Source: the human T2T-CHM13v2.0 reference genome, Homo sapiens
Reading direction: 5' to 3' (one strand)
NCBI RefSeq assembly: GCF_009914755.1
Contig: NC_060929.1
Length of the DNA: 64,000 nt
Both the position numbers and the translations under genes were made by a program. How positions within the stretch are numbered: position 1 is the stretch's first letter; every line of letters starts with the position of its first letter. A model generated the notes under the pieces. That model searched no databases. It worked only from the letters and a program-made list of their open reading frames with translations, and was not told the origin of the DNA. Below, in pieces: positions 27,870-43,598 of the stretch.

Positions 27870-28340
27870 GTGAGCTACAAATTATTTACTGTTTCTCCCA
27901 TTAAGAGGTGAATTCCGTTTCCCCTCCCCTTGAATCTAAAGTTGCCTTTAGACTTGTTTGGTTTATATCAATAGAATGTGGCAAAAATGACATTTTAGGG
28001 CTTCCCAGCCTAGGCCTTCAAATGACCAACAGATTCTACCTTCTCCCACTTTGAAGCCAACTGCATGTGTAAAGAAGCTTAAGCCAGACTGCTAAGGGGT
28101 AGGAGGGGACGGCGTGGAAAGAGGCCTTGAAGATCAGAGGCCATCCTCGGCATTGCAGCTGCAGATAAGATTCTAGTGGAAGGCAGCTCCATTAGTGCCC
28201 TCAGCTACCCCTTATGAAACAAAAGAACCATACCAGCTAAGCCCAGGCAACCCACAGGATTGGGAGAAACAACACATGAATTGTTTTAAGCCCCTGTGTT
28301 TTGGAATGGTTCATTATGCAGCGATTGATAACTAAAACAC
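27870..28340 (+). mobile_element. MLT1 (F/G/H-like) LTR
   Basis: TCCCCTCCCTTGAATCT...CCAGCTAAGCCCAG...TTGTTTTAAGCC...GATAACTAAAACA. Confidence 0.7.
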
Positions 28341-28419
28341 TAGACTTTTTTGAATCTAAATTTTCTTTCTAATCGTCTCTTCCACTTACACATCCAAAAA
28401 ATATGTCCTACCTATGTGT

Positions 28420-28975
28420 TAAGACAATGGCTTGCAGCATGGTCCCCACATCAGCAACATAAGCACCTTGTTAGAAGCTTGTTAGAAATGCAAATTCTAA
28501 GGCCCACCCCAGACCTGATGGTTCAGAAACTCAGGGATGGGGCCCAGCAATCTATATTAACAAGCCTTCTGGGTGATTTCAATATAACACTCAAGTTTAG
28601 GGATCACCGGGCTCAGCCAGTGGTTCTCCATCTTGGCTGTGCACCTTGATCACCTGTGGTCTTTAAAAATACAAACGTGTACAGGGCTTACCCCAGACCT
28701 ACTGAATCAAGGAAGGCCTAAGTATATGTGCTACTGAAAGCATTCCTTGCTGATTTTGCTATGCAGCCAGGTACTGTGGAGGAATTCAAGACCCTCATGA
28801 TGTTTGGGCCCTGTAGATCTGTGCTTCTCAAGCTTGAATGCACAAAGGATTCACCTGGGGATCTGATGAAATGCAGATTCTGACTCAGTAGATCTGGGGT
28901 GAGGCCTGAGATTGTGCATTTCGAATATGCTCCCAGAGGAAGCTGATGCGGTCAACCTCATTGAGAGCAGCAATA
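28420..28975. mobile_element. Cluster of three MER5A/B relics
   Basis: GTTAGAAATGCAAATTCT...CCCAGACC at about 28480, CAGACCTACTGAATCA at about 28695, AAATGCAGATTCTGACTCAGTAG at about 28870. Confidence 0.75.
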
Positions 28976-31900
28976 CCCTGGGGAGTCACCATCTTCTCTG
29001 AAGGGTAGATGTCATAAAAAGTAGTTTTATGTTACACACTCACACACAGAAACACACATACCATCTCTAAATGCCGTAGCCGGGAGTAGCTACACAAGGC
29101 GCCGTTGAGGCAGCTTCAATGTCCCTACTACGCAGACTTTAAGGATGACTCCCTATAGGAGATGCCATTTGAGCTTTGCCTCAAAAGATAAGAAGGATTT
29201 TGTCCAACAGACATGGAGAATGATGTTCTAAGGTGAAGAGAAGGGCCCATGTTAAGGAAGCCCCAAAAGCTGCTTAGTGTGACTGAGGTCTATCCTGGTG
29301 GGACGAGAAAAGGGAAAGAAAGCCAGAAACTGTTTGTGGCCAGATTATGAACAGCCTTGAACATCAGGCTAAAAAAGTCCAAACTTTATCGCATGGGCCA
29401 TGGGGAGCCATGGAAATTTCTTCAGCAGGGGAATGATGTCTCTGTGCAATCAGAATCTGGTTCCCACAAAAGGTAGAAGGGTTGCCCTGATTTCTCATCT
29501 TTGTCACGACTACAAGATTTATGTCAGAAGAGAGAGAAATGCCAGAAAGATGCAGAAGCCTGGAATTAACTGCACAGGCCTGTATTTTGAAACAGGTGGC
29601 TTGTCTTCCTTGAAAGACGACAGTTCTCCAATCTTTTTGAGGAACCGTTCCAAGAAAGAGGAACAGTAAAAGATTTCCACTCCCAGAGAGCATAGCTCTG
29701 CTCACATGTTCCAGTAAGTAATGTTCTCTGTATCACAATGAACAGAAAAATGTGCGTGATGGAATGAAAATCCGTACTGCCTGGCTACCCGTGGGCAGCC
29801 TTGGTTACTATGGAAAATTCCTGATTAAAGTCAGCAGAAGAATTTCCTAGCTAACGACTATTATTAATAGGAGCTTCAGCCTTGCGCTGACATTCTTTAA
29901 TATGTCATTGCACAAGCCAGGTGATTAAACTCCTATGTTTTTTAAAAGGAAACAGAATGCACCCACCTTCTCCAAGCTGACTACCCTTTTTAATAACCCA
30001 CGTGGTCCTGCTTAGTTAGTATGAGAACAAAACTGCAACCATGAAATTATTTTAACAAGACCATAAAAAAAACAATTTGCTTGAGTGATGTTTAGGGAGA
30101 AGGGGGGGACCCACCCTCTCCTTAAACTAATTAAACTGTACTATATGTCCTTGTGTAGTTCCTGACATTTTTCTGGTTCACTCAGTTTGAATCGCTACAC
30201 GGGGATCGGTGCCAAGCTCCCAAATGGCTAACTCAAAACAAAAGCAGGGTCTCCGGAGTATTCCTAGGCATCCAGCAAATTGAGGGAAAGTTATTTTGGG
30301 TTAATCAATGTACTTCAGTTGCAATCACATCTTGCCCCATAGAAAAGACGGAAAACAAGGACTCACTGTTTGAAGTCTAACTCAGGGTGAACTAGGAAGT
30401 GACACTGACCTTCTTATGTTCTTCGTGTTTCACTATTTTATTTTTTTCTGAAAAATTACACCCTGCTTTGCATGAAGCCAAAAACAGTAGCCCCTCATGT
30501 TCCATTTCTCCCCCCAACCTGCTGATAGTTTATGTCTTTCCCACTCACACTGGCGATTACCAGAAGCCACTGGCAGCTTCCTTGAATGTCTTTACAGGCA
30601 AGGAGTCTATTCTCAGCCTGGTAGGGACTAGACATTGATTAATGGCTGGGAACTTTGGTTTCTGGCAAGACAAGCCTTAGTTTAAGCTGAGGAGGGCTTT
30701 GGGTGTTGGTCAGACTCTTGTCAAAGTCAAACTGGGAGGCACAATGGGTGTCTTGGACACAGCACCGTCACGCATGTCTTAGTCTCCTTCTGAGAAATGT
30801 GCCCCTGTGTATTAAGACCCAATATCATGGCCTTAACACTCCTTGAAACTAATGTTTACCAATCACTTCAGAGTTTAGAGAAAGTGTTCGCTTCTGAAAA
30901 GCTCTTTAACGTTGATGAGGCAATCATTTAAATTCCGAAGAACTGTGGAGCACAGATAAAGCACATAATTCAATTCATTTCTGTTTAAAGCAATATACAA
31001 TGAACTGCCATGTGTGAGATTCTGATGGGGTACCATCCTTTGGATGAACAGGATGAAACTGATAGAGGTGCTTTCTGACTTCAGGGAAATTAGACTGTCC
31101 TAATTTAGAGAGGAATCAGTATGATAAATGGTAGAACTGCTCATAGTGATAAGCCCTAACATTTTCATTATGTTCTGCAATATGCAAAGTACATGCATAT
31201 AAGTGTATAGACAGCTAGCTACAAGGCCATTCTTTTCTCCTGGCAATGGATGCCAATGGTCTCTGATTGCTCTCCCACTGGTTCATCCAACCCAGTGGGA
31301 AAAATATCAGCTGGAGTCATGAGGTATTATGCAGGTGAAAACAATCAAGTGGTTGACTAAGAAAGTCTGGGCCTTTGGAGTCAGACTGAGATGTGAATCC
31401 TGACTGTTCTAACTCAAAGCCTGTCAAATGAGAGACACGTCCCTCTCCATCTTGTATGATACTTGCTTTATCAATTCCAGGTGTGCCTCATACAGAGGTG
31501 CTGGTCCATGCCTCAGCCTTGCCATGCTGTCCTCTACTCAGGTCCCCTGTCCTGTGCCATTGTACATCTTGTCTCCTGCCCCAGAGCTCCATGAAAATGT
31601 CTTTGCAAAACATCTGCCTCTTTCTTTGTCTGGAGGAGGAGCTGCCGGGAAGGGAAGCTGCCAGGAAGAAGAGCAACTCAAGTTGGCCTACTTCCTGTTT
31701 TGAAACCCAGGGACTTGCTTGCAATCAAGGATGGGTTGTAGAGGCTTGAGGAAGATAGTTCCCAGCACCCCATGAATAAAGGGCTGGTTGTGGCGTGTGG
31801 TTCGCATGGCTGGCAGTGTGCTCTTGAGCCTATTTCTGGCTTAACAATATGCCCTCCCTCCATGGGGTTGCATTTTCTTAGAAATCCAAGATGCCAAGAA

Positions 31901-33344
31901 GGGCAATGTTGGTGGCCTGATCTGGTACAGGAAAGCTAGCCTGATGGTATGTGTTCCTCTACCTTTGATACTTAGTGTTTTCCTCCTTCCCTGTTCCCAT
32001 GGAGAAGAAGCAGCAGGGCTACTGGGGCACCGAAGGAGAACTCACGACTTACTCCCTACAGCTTTCCAGAAGCACAATGCGTGGCCCTCATCTCTGGCAC
32101 CACAGTAGCTCCCCTCTTTCAAGCCACATCATCTCTTGTTTGAATGCCTGCAATATCTCCTAGTCACTGTCCACGCCCTTGCCTTCCTGCAATACCTAGT
32201 CCATGCAACAGTATCATCTTTTCAGAATGCAACTGTGACCCAGGGCTGCCCAATCAGAGCATGACATCGCCTGGCCGGCATGACTGGTTGAGGGATGGCC
32301 TGTAATCTAAGCTAGTGAATAATTATAACTCTCACCTTTTAAGCTCTTGCTGTGTGCCAGACATGGGGCAAAACCCCTGACAACCAGCATCTCACTTCAC
32401 CCTCACAATAATCCTATGCTGTCAGCACTATTATTATTAGAGGGGGTTAGTAGCTTGCCACAGGAATCTACTGAGAAAAGCGTCAGAACCTGAATTCAAT
32501 ACTTTCTAAATCCACAACCCATGTTTACAATGAAGTGTTAACAGAGACATAGAGCACCCTGTGGCTATTTTCTCCCAACAACAACACTTTTCACTATGTC
32601 TTCTAGTGAGGCCAGTGTTGTGGTGCCATGTAGACAAAGCCAAAAACAAAAAAACAGGGGCTGGGGGGACCTGCTGAACAGCCTGGCTACCCAGGGCTTA
32701 TCAGCGAGATTGTCCTCCCTCCTGCAAGCAAGGTAAGGCATATATGCCCCCTAACAGTAGTAGGTTTTATTTTTTTTTTTCTGAATAAAAAGCCACCACA
32801 TTGTAGTAATCTGCTACATCTTGGTGGACTGATCAGTTTCTCCTCCTGAAATTGATCTGGACATATTTTTGCATTTATCCTGGGATGGAACCTCCTGCAA
32901 GATTCCTCCTTTTTGGTTTGGTTTGAAACACAATGGTTTGCCACCATTACCGATATCCTCAGCACACTTAGCAGGCTGTCCCAAGAGTGGAAGAGTCCCG
33001 TCGTGCACTGGGCCAGGAATCTGGGGTCAGAAGGACCAGTGTGAAGAGCTGTGTAACTCCAACACAGCACAGGAGCTAGCTAAACCCATCTCTCAATAGG
33101 AGAAGAACCCTACCTCTCAGGGCTGGAGGAGGGCTGCACTCATTTCTGTCCATGCTTAGTCAAGTGCCTGGCACACACCCTCCTAAAGACTAAGTAAATT
33201 GTAGCTCTTTTTATTCATTGTTCTACTGAGAGGAAGAGTTGATTTTAAACTCATGATTATTGGCTTAATTAATTTATACCCCAAAATTCAAACACATGTT
33301 GCTGATATATAAGTAGCCCAGTCCTTCCACTTTTTGTCTCCCTT

Positions 33345-33649
33345 TCTTTTTTTTTTTTTTTTTTTTTGAGACAGAGTCTTGCTCTGTCACCCAGGCTGGG
33401 GTGCAGTGGCACAATCTTGGCTCACTGCAAGCTCTGCCTCCCGGGTTCACCCATTCTCCTGCCTCAGCCTCCCGAGTAGCTGGGACTACAAGCGCCCGCC
33501 ACCACGCCTGGCTAATTTTTTTTGTATTTTTAGTAGAGACAGGGTTTCACTGTGTTAGTCAGGATGGTCTCGCTCTCCTGACCTCGTGATCCACCCGCCT
33601 CGGCCTCCCAAAGTGCTGGGATTACAGGCGTGAGCCACTGTGCCCAGTC
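33345..33649 (-). mobile_element. AluY-like SINE
   Basis: Reverse Alu with GCAAGCTCTGCCTCCCGGGTTCAC and GTTAGTCAGGATGGTCTCG; TSD TGTCTCCCTTTCTT. Confidence 0.95.
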
Positions 33650-33707
33650 CTGTCTCCCTTTCTTAATAAAAAAATTACTCCTCCTATAAAATGATCACTA
33701 ACACCAC

Positions 33708-34037
33708 TGATAGGGTTTGGCTGTGTCCCCACCCAAATCTGATCTTGCACTGCAGCTCCCATAATTCCCATGTGTTGTGGGAGGGAATCAGTGGGAGATA
33801 ATTGAATCATGGGGGCGGTTACCCCCATACAGTTCTTGTGGTAGTGAATAAGTCTCATGAGATCTGTTGGTTTTATAAGGGGTTTCTGCTTTCACTTGGC
33901 TCTCATTCTCCCTGCCTGCCGCCATGTAAGACCTGCCTTCCGCCATGATTGTGAGGCCTTCCCAGCCACCTGGAACTGTGAGTCCATTAAACCTCTTTTT
34001 CTTTATAAATTACCCAGTCTCAGGAATGTCTTTGTTA
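33708..34037 (+). mobile_element. THE1 ERVL-MaLR LTR (3' end clipped)
   Basis: TGATAGGGTTTGGCTGTGTCCCCACCCAAATC...GTGAATAAGTCTCATGAGATCTG...ATAAATTACCCAGTCT. Confidence 0.9.
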
Positions 34038-34104
34038 CCACTGATTTCTATTTTTTAAACTGGAAAATGCACATGACATCACTTATTTCTCCCTATATAA
34101 AAAC

Positions 34105-34380
34105 CCATGATGAGGTACTTAGAGGTACCAGAAATCACAGAGACAGAAAGCAGAATGGTGGTTGTCAGCAGCTGGAGGGAGGTGGAAATGGGGAGTTCTA
34201 GTTTAATGGGTACATAGTTTCAGTTTTACGGAATGAAAAGAATTATGGACATGGATGGTGGTGATGGTTGCACAATACTATGAATATATTTAATGGCACT
34301 AAACTGTATATATTAAACACAGTTAAGGTAGTAAAATTTTATGTTATGTATATTTACCACAAATTTAAAAACTGGAAAAA
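34105..34380 (+). mobile_element. L1M (L1MB-like) 3' end
   Basis: GAGACAGAAAGCAGAATGGTGGTTG...GATGGTGGTGATGGTTGCACA. Confidence 0.8.
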
Positions 34381-34414
34381 ACTCATTGTAGTTTTCTGAT
34401 TATATATTCAACAT

Positions 34415-34736
<322 letters not shown>

Positions 34737-34942
34737 TTAGAAAATTCATAAGATCACTGAGAAAGTAATATGTCACTAACATTCTCATCCTACTACCTAA
34801 ATAGTTGTAATCAATGATTTGGTGTATTTACTCAAAATTTTCTGTCTATGTATACTTATGTTTTTAAAAATAAATAGGATTATCTCATGTTAAAAAAATG
34901 TAAGTCATTTCCAATTCAGGTGCCAAAGAAAGTTTTACTTCT

Positions 34943-35233
34943 GGGTAGGGCACAGTGGCTCACACCTGTAATCCCAGCACTTTGGGAGGCTGAGGCGGGT
35001 GGATCACAAGGTCAGGAGTTCAAGACCAGCCTGGCCAAGATGGTGAAATCCCATCTCTACTAAAAATACAAAAATTAGCTTGGTGTGGTGGTGGGCACCT
35101 GTAATCCCAGCTACTCAGGAGGATGAGGCAGAGAATTGCTTGAACCCGGGAGGCAGATGTTGCAGTGAGCTGAGATCGTGCCACTGCACACCAGCCTGAG
35201 TGACAGAGCGAGACTTCATCTCAAAAAAAAAAA
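34943..35233 (+). mobile_element. Alu SINE (AluSg-like)
   Basis: Full dimer; TSD AAAGAAAGTTTTACTTCT. Confidence 0.95.
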
Positions 35234-36149
35234 GAAAGTTTTACTTCTGAGACATTAGTATACTTTTTCCTTATATGGCACAAATAATGTAGCATCATAT
35301 TTTTTTTTCATATTCTCAAGCATCATCATGTTTTCCTTTTTGTTCTGGCCACTGGGAAGCTCAATCTAAATATGTGGCCAACTTTGATAAACACCTAGAA
35401 TCCTTTGTCTGCTTGTTTATGTCCTAACTTCCTTCCTGGCCCTGATCTATTAAATCTCTCTTTCCCTAATCCTGATTTGTTCTCTATGTATAGCTTTGTA
35501 GTTTACTGTTGTATTGTATTGTGTTATTGTACATACATAATATTATAGGTACTATTGTAAGCTCCACATGGAAAAGGGTCGATGATATGTAAGTAGTCAC
35601 TAGGAAGAAGATTCATCAATATTAAGTATTCTTGTAATCTGTCACAATCACCTGATTAACCTGTCATCATATGGTAAGCCCCAGGTGGCAACAAAGCAGG
35701 GGAGGGGATGGCCAGTGTTTATATGCGTGTGGGGAAGAGATAGAGACAGAGAGGCTTCAACCACCCCATATAGAACTCTAGAATCTGCTTGGGTTCCTGG
35801 TAGCAGTTTGTCACTTGAGAGAGGGTTTGTGAGCTTTATCTGCTGTCTCCTGATAAACCTGGGTGACTCACTTGTCTCTGGCCTGTATGTCTGTCACAGC
35901 TCCTGGCCACTCCCTGGACTCCAGAATAGGCACCTTCAATCCACTTTCTACTGGGTCCCAGGGTGATTTTCTTTTTTTCTTCACTACAAATGTGACCACA
36001 TGATGCTCCTGCTTAAACCCTTCAGTGTTACCCACAAAGTACCCCTAAAAAATTCCTAATCGAATGCAGCCCTCTCATTTCATAATTGAGAAGAATGTGA
36101 CCCAGAGGTAAAGCAATTTAGTGGCACAGTTGGGACCAGAACTGAGGTT

Positions 36150-36640
36150 TCATTTATTTGTTCATTCATTCCTCCATGCATACATTTATTTACTAAAAAA
36201 TTTTGAGGACTAATAGGCATCAGGCACGTTGGAGGCTCTGGAGACATAGCAGTGAGCGACACACCGGGTCTGCTGTCTTCCAGCTTCCACGCTAAAGGGG
36301 CAGGATGCAAGAAACAGATTGACGCAGAAATGAACAAGGTTTCAGATTGCTCTAAGGGCTATGAGACTTAAAAAGGAGGCACCATGCTGGAGAGTGGGTT
36401 GGGGTGGGGTGGTAGAAGAGGCTTGAGGTAGGGTGGTCGGGGAGACTCTCTGGTTGTGACATTTGAGCAGTGGCTAGCGTTGGGAAGATCTGGGTCTTTG
36501 CATGCATATGAGGTCTTGAGGAGAGCACCCACCTGGCTCCTTCTAGCACTCTGAGGAGAAGGAGAGGGCAGGAGGGGAGTTCTGTAGCAGGGATGGCAGG
36601 GTCAAGTCTCGGAGAGCCTTGGCAAGGTCTCCTGCCCTGT
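36150..36640 (-). mobile_element. L2 fragment
   Basis: TTCATTTATTTGTTCATTCATTC tail then antisense L2 body. Confidence 0.7.
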
Positions 36641-37674
36641 CATCACAATTGTGGTTTCCAAAACTCATCACAGGCTCAGGTGTGTTTTCAGGCCAAAGGC
36701 TTTTGGTTGAAAAGCAAGGAGAAAATGGAGAGCTAAGCATTTCCTTTCATGCCCAGCCCAACCAAGGCACAGCCCTTCTCACTGGATGAAATTTACACCT
36801 AACGTTATTTTTAGTCTTCTCTCTCCAGCTCAATGAATACACCTCACATGCAAGAGAAGATGAATTTATCTTTGTGGTTGAGAAATGCTCACATGTGAGA
36901 GCGGGAAAGAACACAAGCTTTGGAGAGAAGGAGAACATGGTTGAAACCTTGGTCCTGAAACCTGGTGTGGTCTTTAAGCCAGCTTCCTCACCTTCTACCC
37001 CACAGTGTCCCATCTGTCAATAAAATTAGTAAGGACTGGGGTGTATACGGTGCTTTGTGTTCTTTACAAATATTATCTCAGTTCATCTCCTAAGAACTCT
37101 CTTATGGTACTATTATTTTCAAACCCATTTTACTGATGGGGAAACTGAGACCCAGAGAAAGGGACCTGAAATTCAAACCCAAGCAGTCCCACACCAAGGT
37201 CTATCCCAAAGTCTTCCCCAGGATGTCATATCATCTTGTGCATGGTACTGCCATTGGGAAGTGTAAAAGAACTAGAGCTGGTAAAAGGCCCAGATGAGAC
37301 TCTGGGCCCCCTCAGCATTGAATCCATCTTCTTTTTACTCTGAAGAACCAGACGGATGGGGCACAAGCAGGTGCCCCATGGCTGCAAATGTGAGGCAGTG
37401 CAGGGGGGTAAGACTGGTTGGCTCACCAGGGTCCCCAGCCCAGCAGCCAAATGCCCAGGTATTCCTCCTCCCTTCTGCCAAGGAAAAGAAAAATAGGTTT
37501 GACTTCTTTTCACTGTAGTCGTGGTCCCCAGCCATGACCCTTTCCCCTGGATTTCATTGTTATGCAGAAGCCACTCCGTCCCAGGCAGAGCGTGTCCCTC
37601 CTTTAGGCTCCCACTGCACCACGTACATCCTGTATCTCGCCCTTATAAACCTGTATGGTAATTACTTTACTTGC

Positions 37675-38180
37675 CCAGGGCAAGAGTACAAACAGAGACC
37701 CACATATTATACGTCTAAATATTAAAAGTTATAAATCAAGCTAATGAACTGTTAAATAAAATATGTCTAGCTGCATACCTTGACAAATATATCTGCCTAA
37801 CAATCTGGAAGGTCAAGATTGAATTTAGAAATCTCAGATGCCTCAGCATTTTGCGCCTACAGGTGGTGACCTTGGAAAGCCAATCCCAAGCCCCAGGCCC
37901 GGCTCCTGCCCCACTTCTCTCCCCGCCTTGGTCTGTATCTGTACTGAGATGGGCCTTGTGCAGGCAAAAACACCTGAGGGTGCCCCGGCCTCACAGCCAA
38001 ACTCCATTGTCTATTTCCCCTCCCAACCAACAGCTACCCTTGGCCACCAGTGGGCTTCAAGGTTTGCGCACGGGCGGCTTGCTCAGCCTTTGAGAGGACA
38101 GACCTGGGGAAGGAGTCCATGCAGTTTCTGGAAATAAGCTCATAGCTGTTTGGGCAAGGTATTCTAGTCCCCAGTGTGTG
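37675..38180. mobile_element. MER115-like hAT-Tip100 relic
   Basis: CAGGGCAAGAGTACAAA...TAAAAGTTATAAATCAAGCTAA...GTTAAATAAAATATG. Confidence 0.6.
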
Positions 38181-38263
38181 CATAGACCATGAGCTACAAC
38201 ATTGGTATCTAATAGAAACATAACGTGAGTCGTAAATGCAAGCCACGTGTGTAATTTAAAATA

Positions 38264-38972
<709 letters not shown>

Positions 38973-38986
38973 ATACTAATAGCTCA

Positions 38987-39323
<337 letters not shown>

Positions 39324-39450
39324 TTAATTTTAGCAGTATATCTTATCTAACCCAATGTATCCAAAATATTATTCCAACATGTAATCAGTGATAGAAATGT
39401 TACACCCTATTTTGTACTAATTTTTTTTTCTTTTTTAAAAACCAATTTTA

Positions 39451-40045
<595 letters not shown>

Positions 40046-40049
40046 ACAC

Positions 40050-40215
40050 CATAAAATTCACCGTTGACAGTACACAATGCAATGGATGTTGGTATATTCA
40101 CAAAGTTGTACAACTATCACCACTACCTAATTTCAGAACCATTTCTTCATCTCCAAATGAAGCTGTGTACCTGTGAGCAGTCACTCCCCATTCCTCTCAG
40201 CCCCTGACAACAACA
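40050..40215 (-). mobile_element. L1M 3' fragment
   Basis: TATATTCACAAAGTTGTACAACTATCACCAC...CAGTCACTCCCCATTCC; TATTTTGTACTAA duplicated at about 39408 and 40218. Confidence 0.75.
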
Positions 40216-41485
40216 GATTATTTTGTACTAAATCTTTTAATTCCAGTATGTATTCTGCATTGACAGCACATCTCAATTGAGCTGGCCACATTTTGGGCAC
40301 TCAGTAGCCACTTGGGTGAGTGGCTGCCTTGTTTGGCAGTGCAGGTCTAGAACTTTGCTACTGTGAGTGTCATCTGTTGTCAAGTAGGAGCTGTAGCACC
40401 TGTAGAATCTCAGGCCCCCACCTAGACAAAATTAGCATTTTAGCGAGATCGCCAGGTGATGATCTGCACATTAGAGCTAAAGAGGCTGGCTGCTGTAGAA
40501 GGTTCCTGAGCATACCCCTTTGACCTGCTGACTCGACCCAGAGAGGACCAGAGCTGAACTGGGGGCAGGGTTGGGGTCCTTTTAAGGGTAGTTTTGCCAG
40601 AGTCTTCCTACTGATCCACAGTGCCTCCCCTTAAGGCCCTTGACCTTGGGCAGAAAAGACCAGCATAGCCTGAAAAAAGAGAATGCTGAGGGCTCAGTGA
40701 ATAGGAACAGGCTTCCTAGGCAGTAGAAGTGGAGACATCTGTGAAAAGGAAAAAAGACAAGAAAGAGCATGATCACAGGGGCACAGCAGGCCAAGAGTCC
40801 CAGAGGCAGGTCTGGAACAGGAAGCTTTACAAAGGCTCTGGCTAGGATGGGAGATGGTGGTAAATAGTTTGTGCTGGTTTCTGAGCATGACCAGGTAGGT
40901 GTCTAGTCTACGAGATAAGCCCATGGGAGGCTTCTGAAGAGAGCTATATAGGGAAATTTCATACATTGAATTCTTGATCACAAGCCCTTACATTGTAAAA
41001 TCAGAGCTGTGTCTCAACAGATTAAATTTACCAATGGTGTAAACTGACGTCTTGTACTAAGGGTGGAAGCCAGTCCCATAATATGCTTTTCGTTGAGATT
41101 TCCCAGACATACTGGAGGTGAGATCTTCTGCTAGAAGTTACATTGTGGAAACTTCATTGTCTTTTTGACTGGCATCATGGATTTTTTTTTTTTTTTTGGT
41201 AGGGGAGAGAGAGAGCATGTCTCTAGGTTCATTTCACTGTTGGTTCAAGCTAGACGAGAGTTGAATGGACAACAGTACCTTCAGATGAAAATGAGAGGCA
41301 GAAAGAAGCTAAAGTCTATGCAAATAAACACTATGCTTTTGCTCGATACATATGATATCTCCATTCACGTCCACCATGCCCCTCTCAGGTAAGTGTCGTT
41401 ACGTCAGTCAGGAGGTGTTCAGCAGCAACTAATAGGACATCTGGCTAACAGTGGCTTAAAAAATGTCTCTCAAAACATGGTTCAC

Positions 41486-41797
41486 GCCAGGCATGGTAGC
41501 TCACACCTACAATCACAGCACTTTGGGAGGCTGAGAAAGGAGGATAGCTTGCATCCAGGAGTTTGAGACCAGCCTGGGCAATATAGCAAGACCTTGTCTC
41601 TACAAAAGAAATAAAAAAAAACAAAAATTAGCCAAGTGTGGTGGTGCGGGCCTATAGTCCCAACTACTCAGGAGGCTGAGGCAGAAGGATCACTTGAGTC
41701 TAGGAGATCGAGGCCGCAGTAAGCTGTGATCATATCACTACACTCAGCCTGGGCAACAGAGTGAGACTGTCTCAAAAAAATAAAATAAAACAAAATA
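41486..41797 (+). mobile_element. AluJ-like SINE inserted in MER5A (about 41466-41975)
   Basis: Full dimer; TSD-like TGGTTCAC; MER5A GTCAGAAATGCACATTCTTGGGC downstream. Confidence 0.92.
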
Positions 41798-41979
41798 AAT
41801 GTGGTTCACTGGCATCTTCTGCATCATGCAGGAACCTGTCAGAAATGCACATTCTTGGGCTCCACCCTAGACCTACTGAATAAGAAATGTGGCGAGTGAG
41901 GGCAACAATTTGTGTCTGAACAAGCCCTCCAGATGATTCTGGTGCATGTGCAGGTTTGAGAAAAGCGGTTTCAACAATA

Positions 41980-42450
41980 GAGACACTAACATTTCTCAAC
42001 AAAATGTTCAGAAGAAGCTCCACACGGCCAGCACTCTGGCTCAGCATCTCTGTGATTCTTTTGACTTTTCCCTCATGGTCACAAAATGGCTGCCACAGCT
42101 TTTAAGCATCACATTCTTACCTTGCAGCATCCCAGACAGGAAGGTCAGGGTGATGGCAGAAAGGGGAATCTTCTTCATTTGGACTTTCTCTTTTATTGAG
42201 AGGAAAATATATCTCAGGAACTTCCTCAGCAGACTTCCTTTCCCAACTCATTCTCCAAGCCGGGTCTCATGGCTGTCCCTAGGCAAATCATTGGCAAAGT
42301 GGAATACGGTCCCCACAGTGACTTAAACTGAGCACAATTCATCCCCTTGAGCTCACTGCTGCTCCTCCAATGCCTGAACAAAATTATTTCCTATTACCAT
42401 GAAAGGATCAAGGCATGGGGGTAGGGAGAGTTGTTTGCATGCAACTAACA
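41980..42450 (-). mobile_element. Old MLT1 LTR
   Basis: CATGGTCACAAAATGGCTGCCACAGCT...AGCATCACATTC. Confidence 0.6.
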
Positions 42451-42759
42451 GTGTCTACTACAATTATTGTCCCCGGTTTACAGATGTGGAAAGTAAAGCT
42501 CAGTGAAGACTACATAGCTAGGAAATACGGGAGCTGAGATTCAAAGCTCACTTTTGTTTCTGGCTCCCAAAATCTTTCTGCTACCTTACTTCACCTGCAA
42601 ATTTACCAGTGACCCAAATGCTGGAAAGTATAAGAGGTAGATTCTGTGACTTTATGCAGTAGCCAACATTGAGATATGGACTGTAAATTGGAGCACAGGA
42701 TGTCAGTAGAAGAGAGGTCACCACCTGGATACCTGTGGGCCTTGTGCTTCATTTGGTAA

Positions 42760-43050
42760 AAAGTTTAAAAAAAAAAATTAAATTCATGTTCCATACTTAA
42801 TATTGGAAGACTTCACATACAAATTCTGACTTCTAAATTCATTTGAAGAAAAATGAGAGGATCTTGCCTCCCTGGACCAACATGCCCTTGTGGTGAGAAT
42901 CTGTGGGAGCTGAGTGGTGTCTGCTTCCTTTGGATGGAGCAGGGCTTCCTAATTTTCCTCATTTCCTATCATTCTCTATGGCCTTACACCTGACCCAGTT
43001 CACCTATTTGCATCACTTGCCTTGTCCTAGCAGACATGTTGCCCCCCAAC
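42760..43050. mobile_element. MER102-like hAT relic
   Basis: GGAGCTGAGTGGTGTCTGCTTCCTTTGGATGG and upstream similarity. Confidence 0.45.
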
Positions 43051-43598
43051 CTGAATCCTGTGCCCATGTGTCCAATACTGCAATGCCAATGGTAAGGTCC
43101 AATAGCATCTATTCCCCTCTTTAGCCCCCAAAACCTGCAGCCACATGTTCCAGAGGAAGAAAAAAGACAGTAGGAGCTTTCAGAGTGAATTTGAATTTTC
43201 CTGCAGGGCCTACAGCACTGTGACTCCCTAGGACTCTTCTATAGGCACTGCTCTGCAGTTTGAGACATGACTCCAGAAGGCAGGGCTGGGATATAAACCT
43301 CTGGGTGCCATTTGAGGGCCCTGAAACAGCAAGCAGTTTGGGGATAGGGTCTGGAATTAAGGAGGTAAGGACAAGCTGGGCTGCTTTACTTCCCAGAAGC
43401 TAGCTTCCCCTGAAGCTCCCCAATTTTCCTATGCAATTTTATATTCTTCAGTCTCCATATGCCCTCTGAGACTTGTAGTTGTAAAACACCACCTGGGGAC
43501 TAATTGTCCTCCAGCTTAAGTCACTACCAGAAGAAGTTGTGTATAAACTTTGGACCTATTTCTTTATCTTACTTTTCAACTCTGAAATTCTGGTCCCC

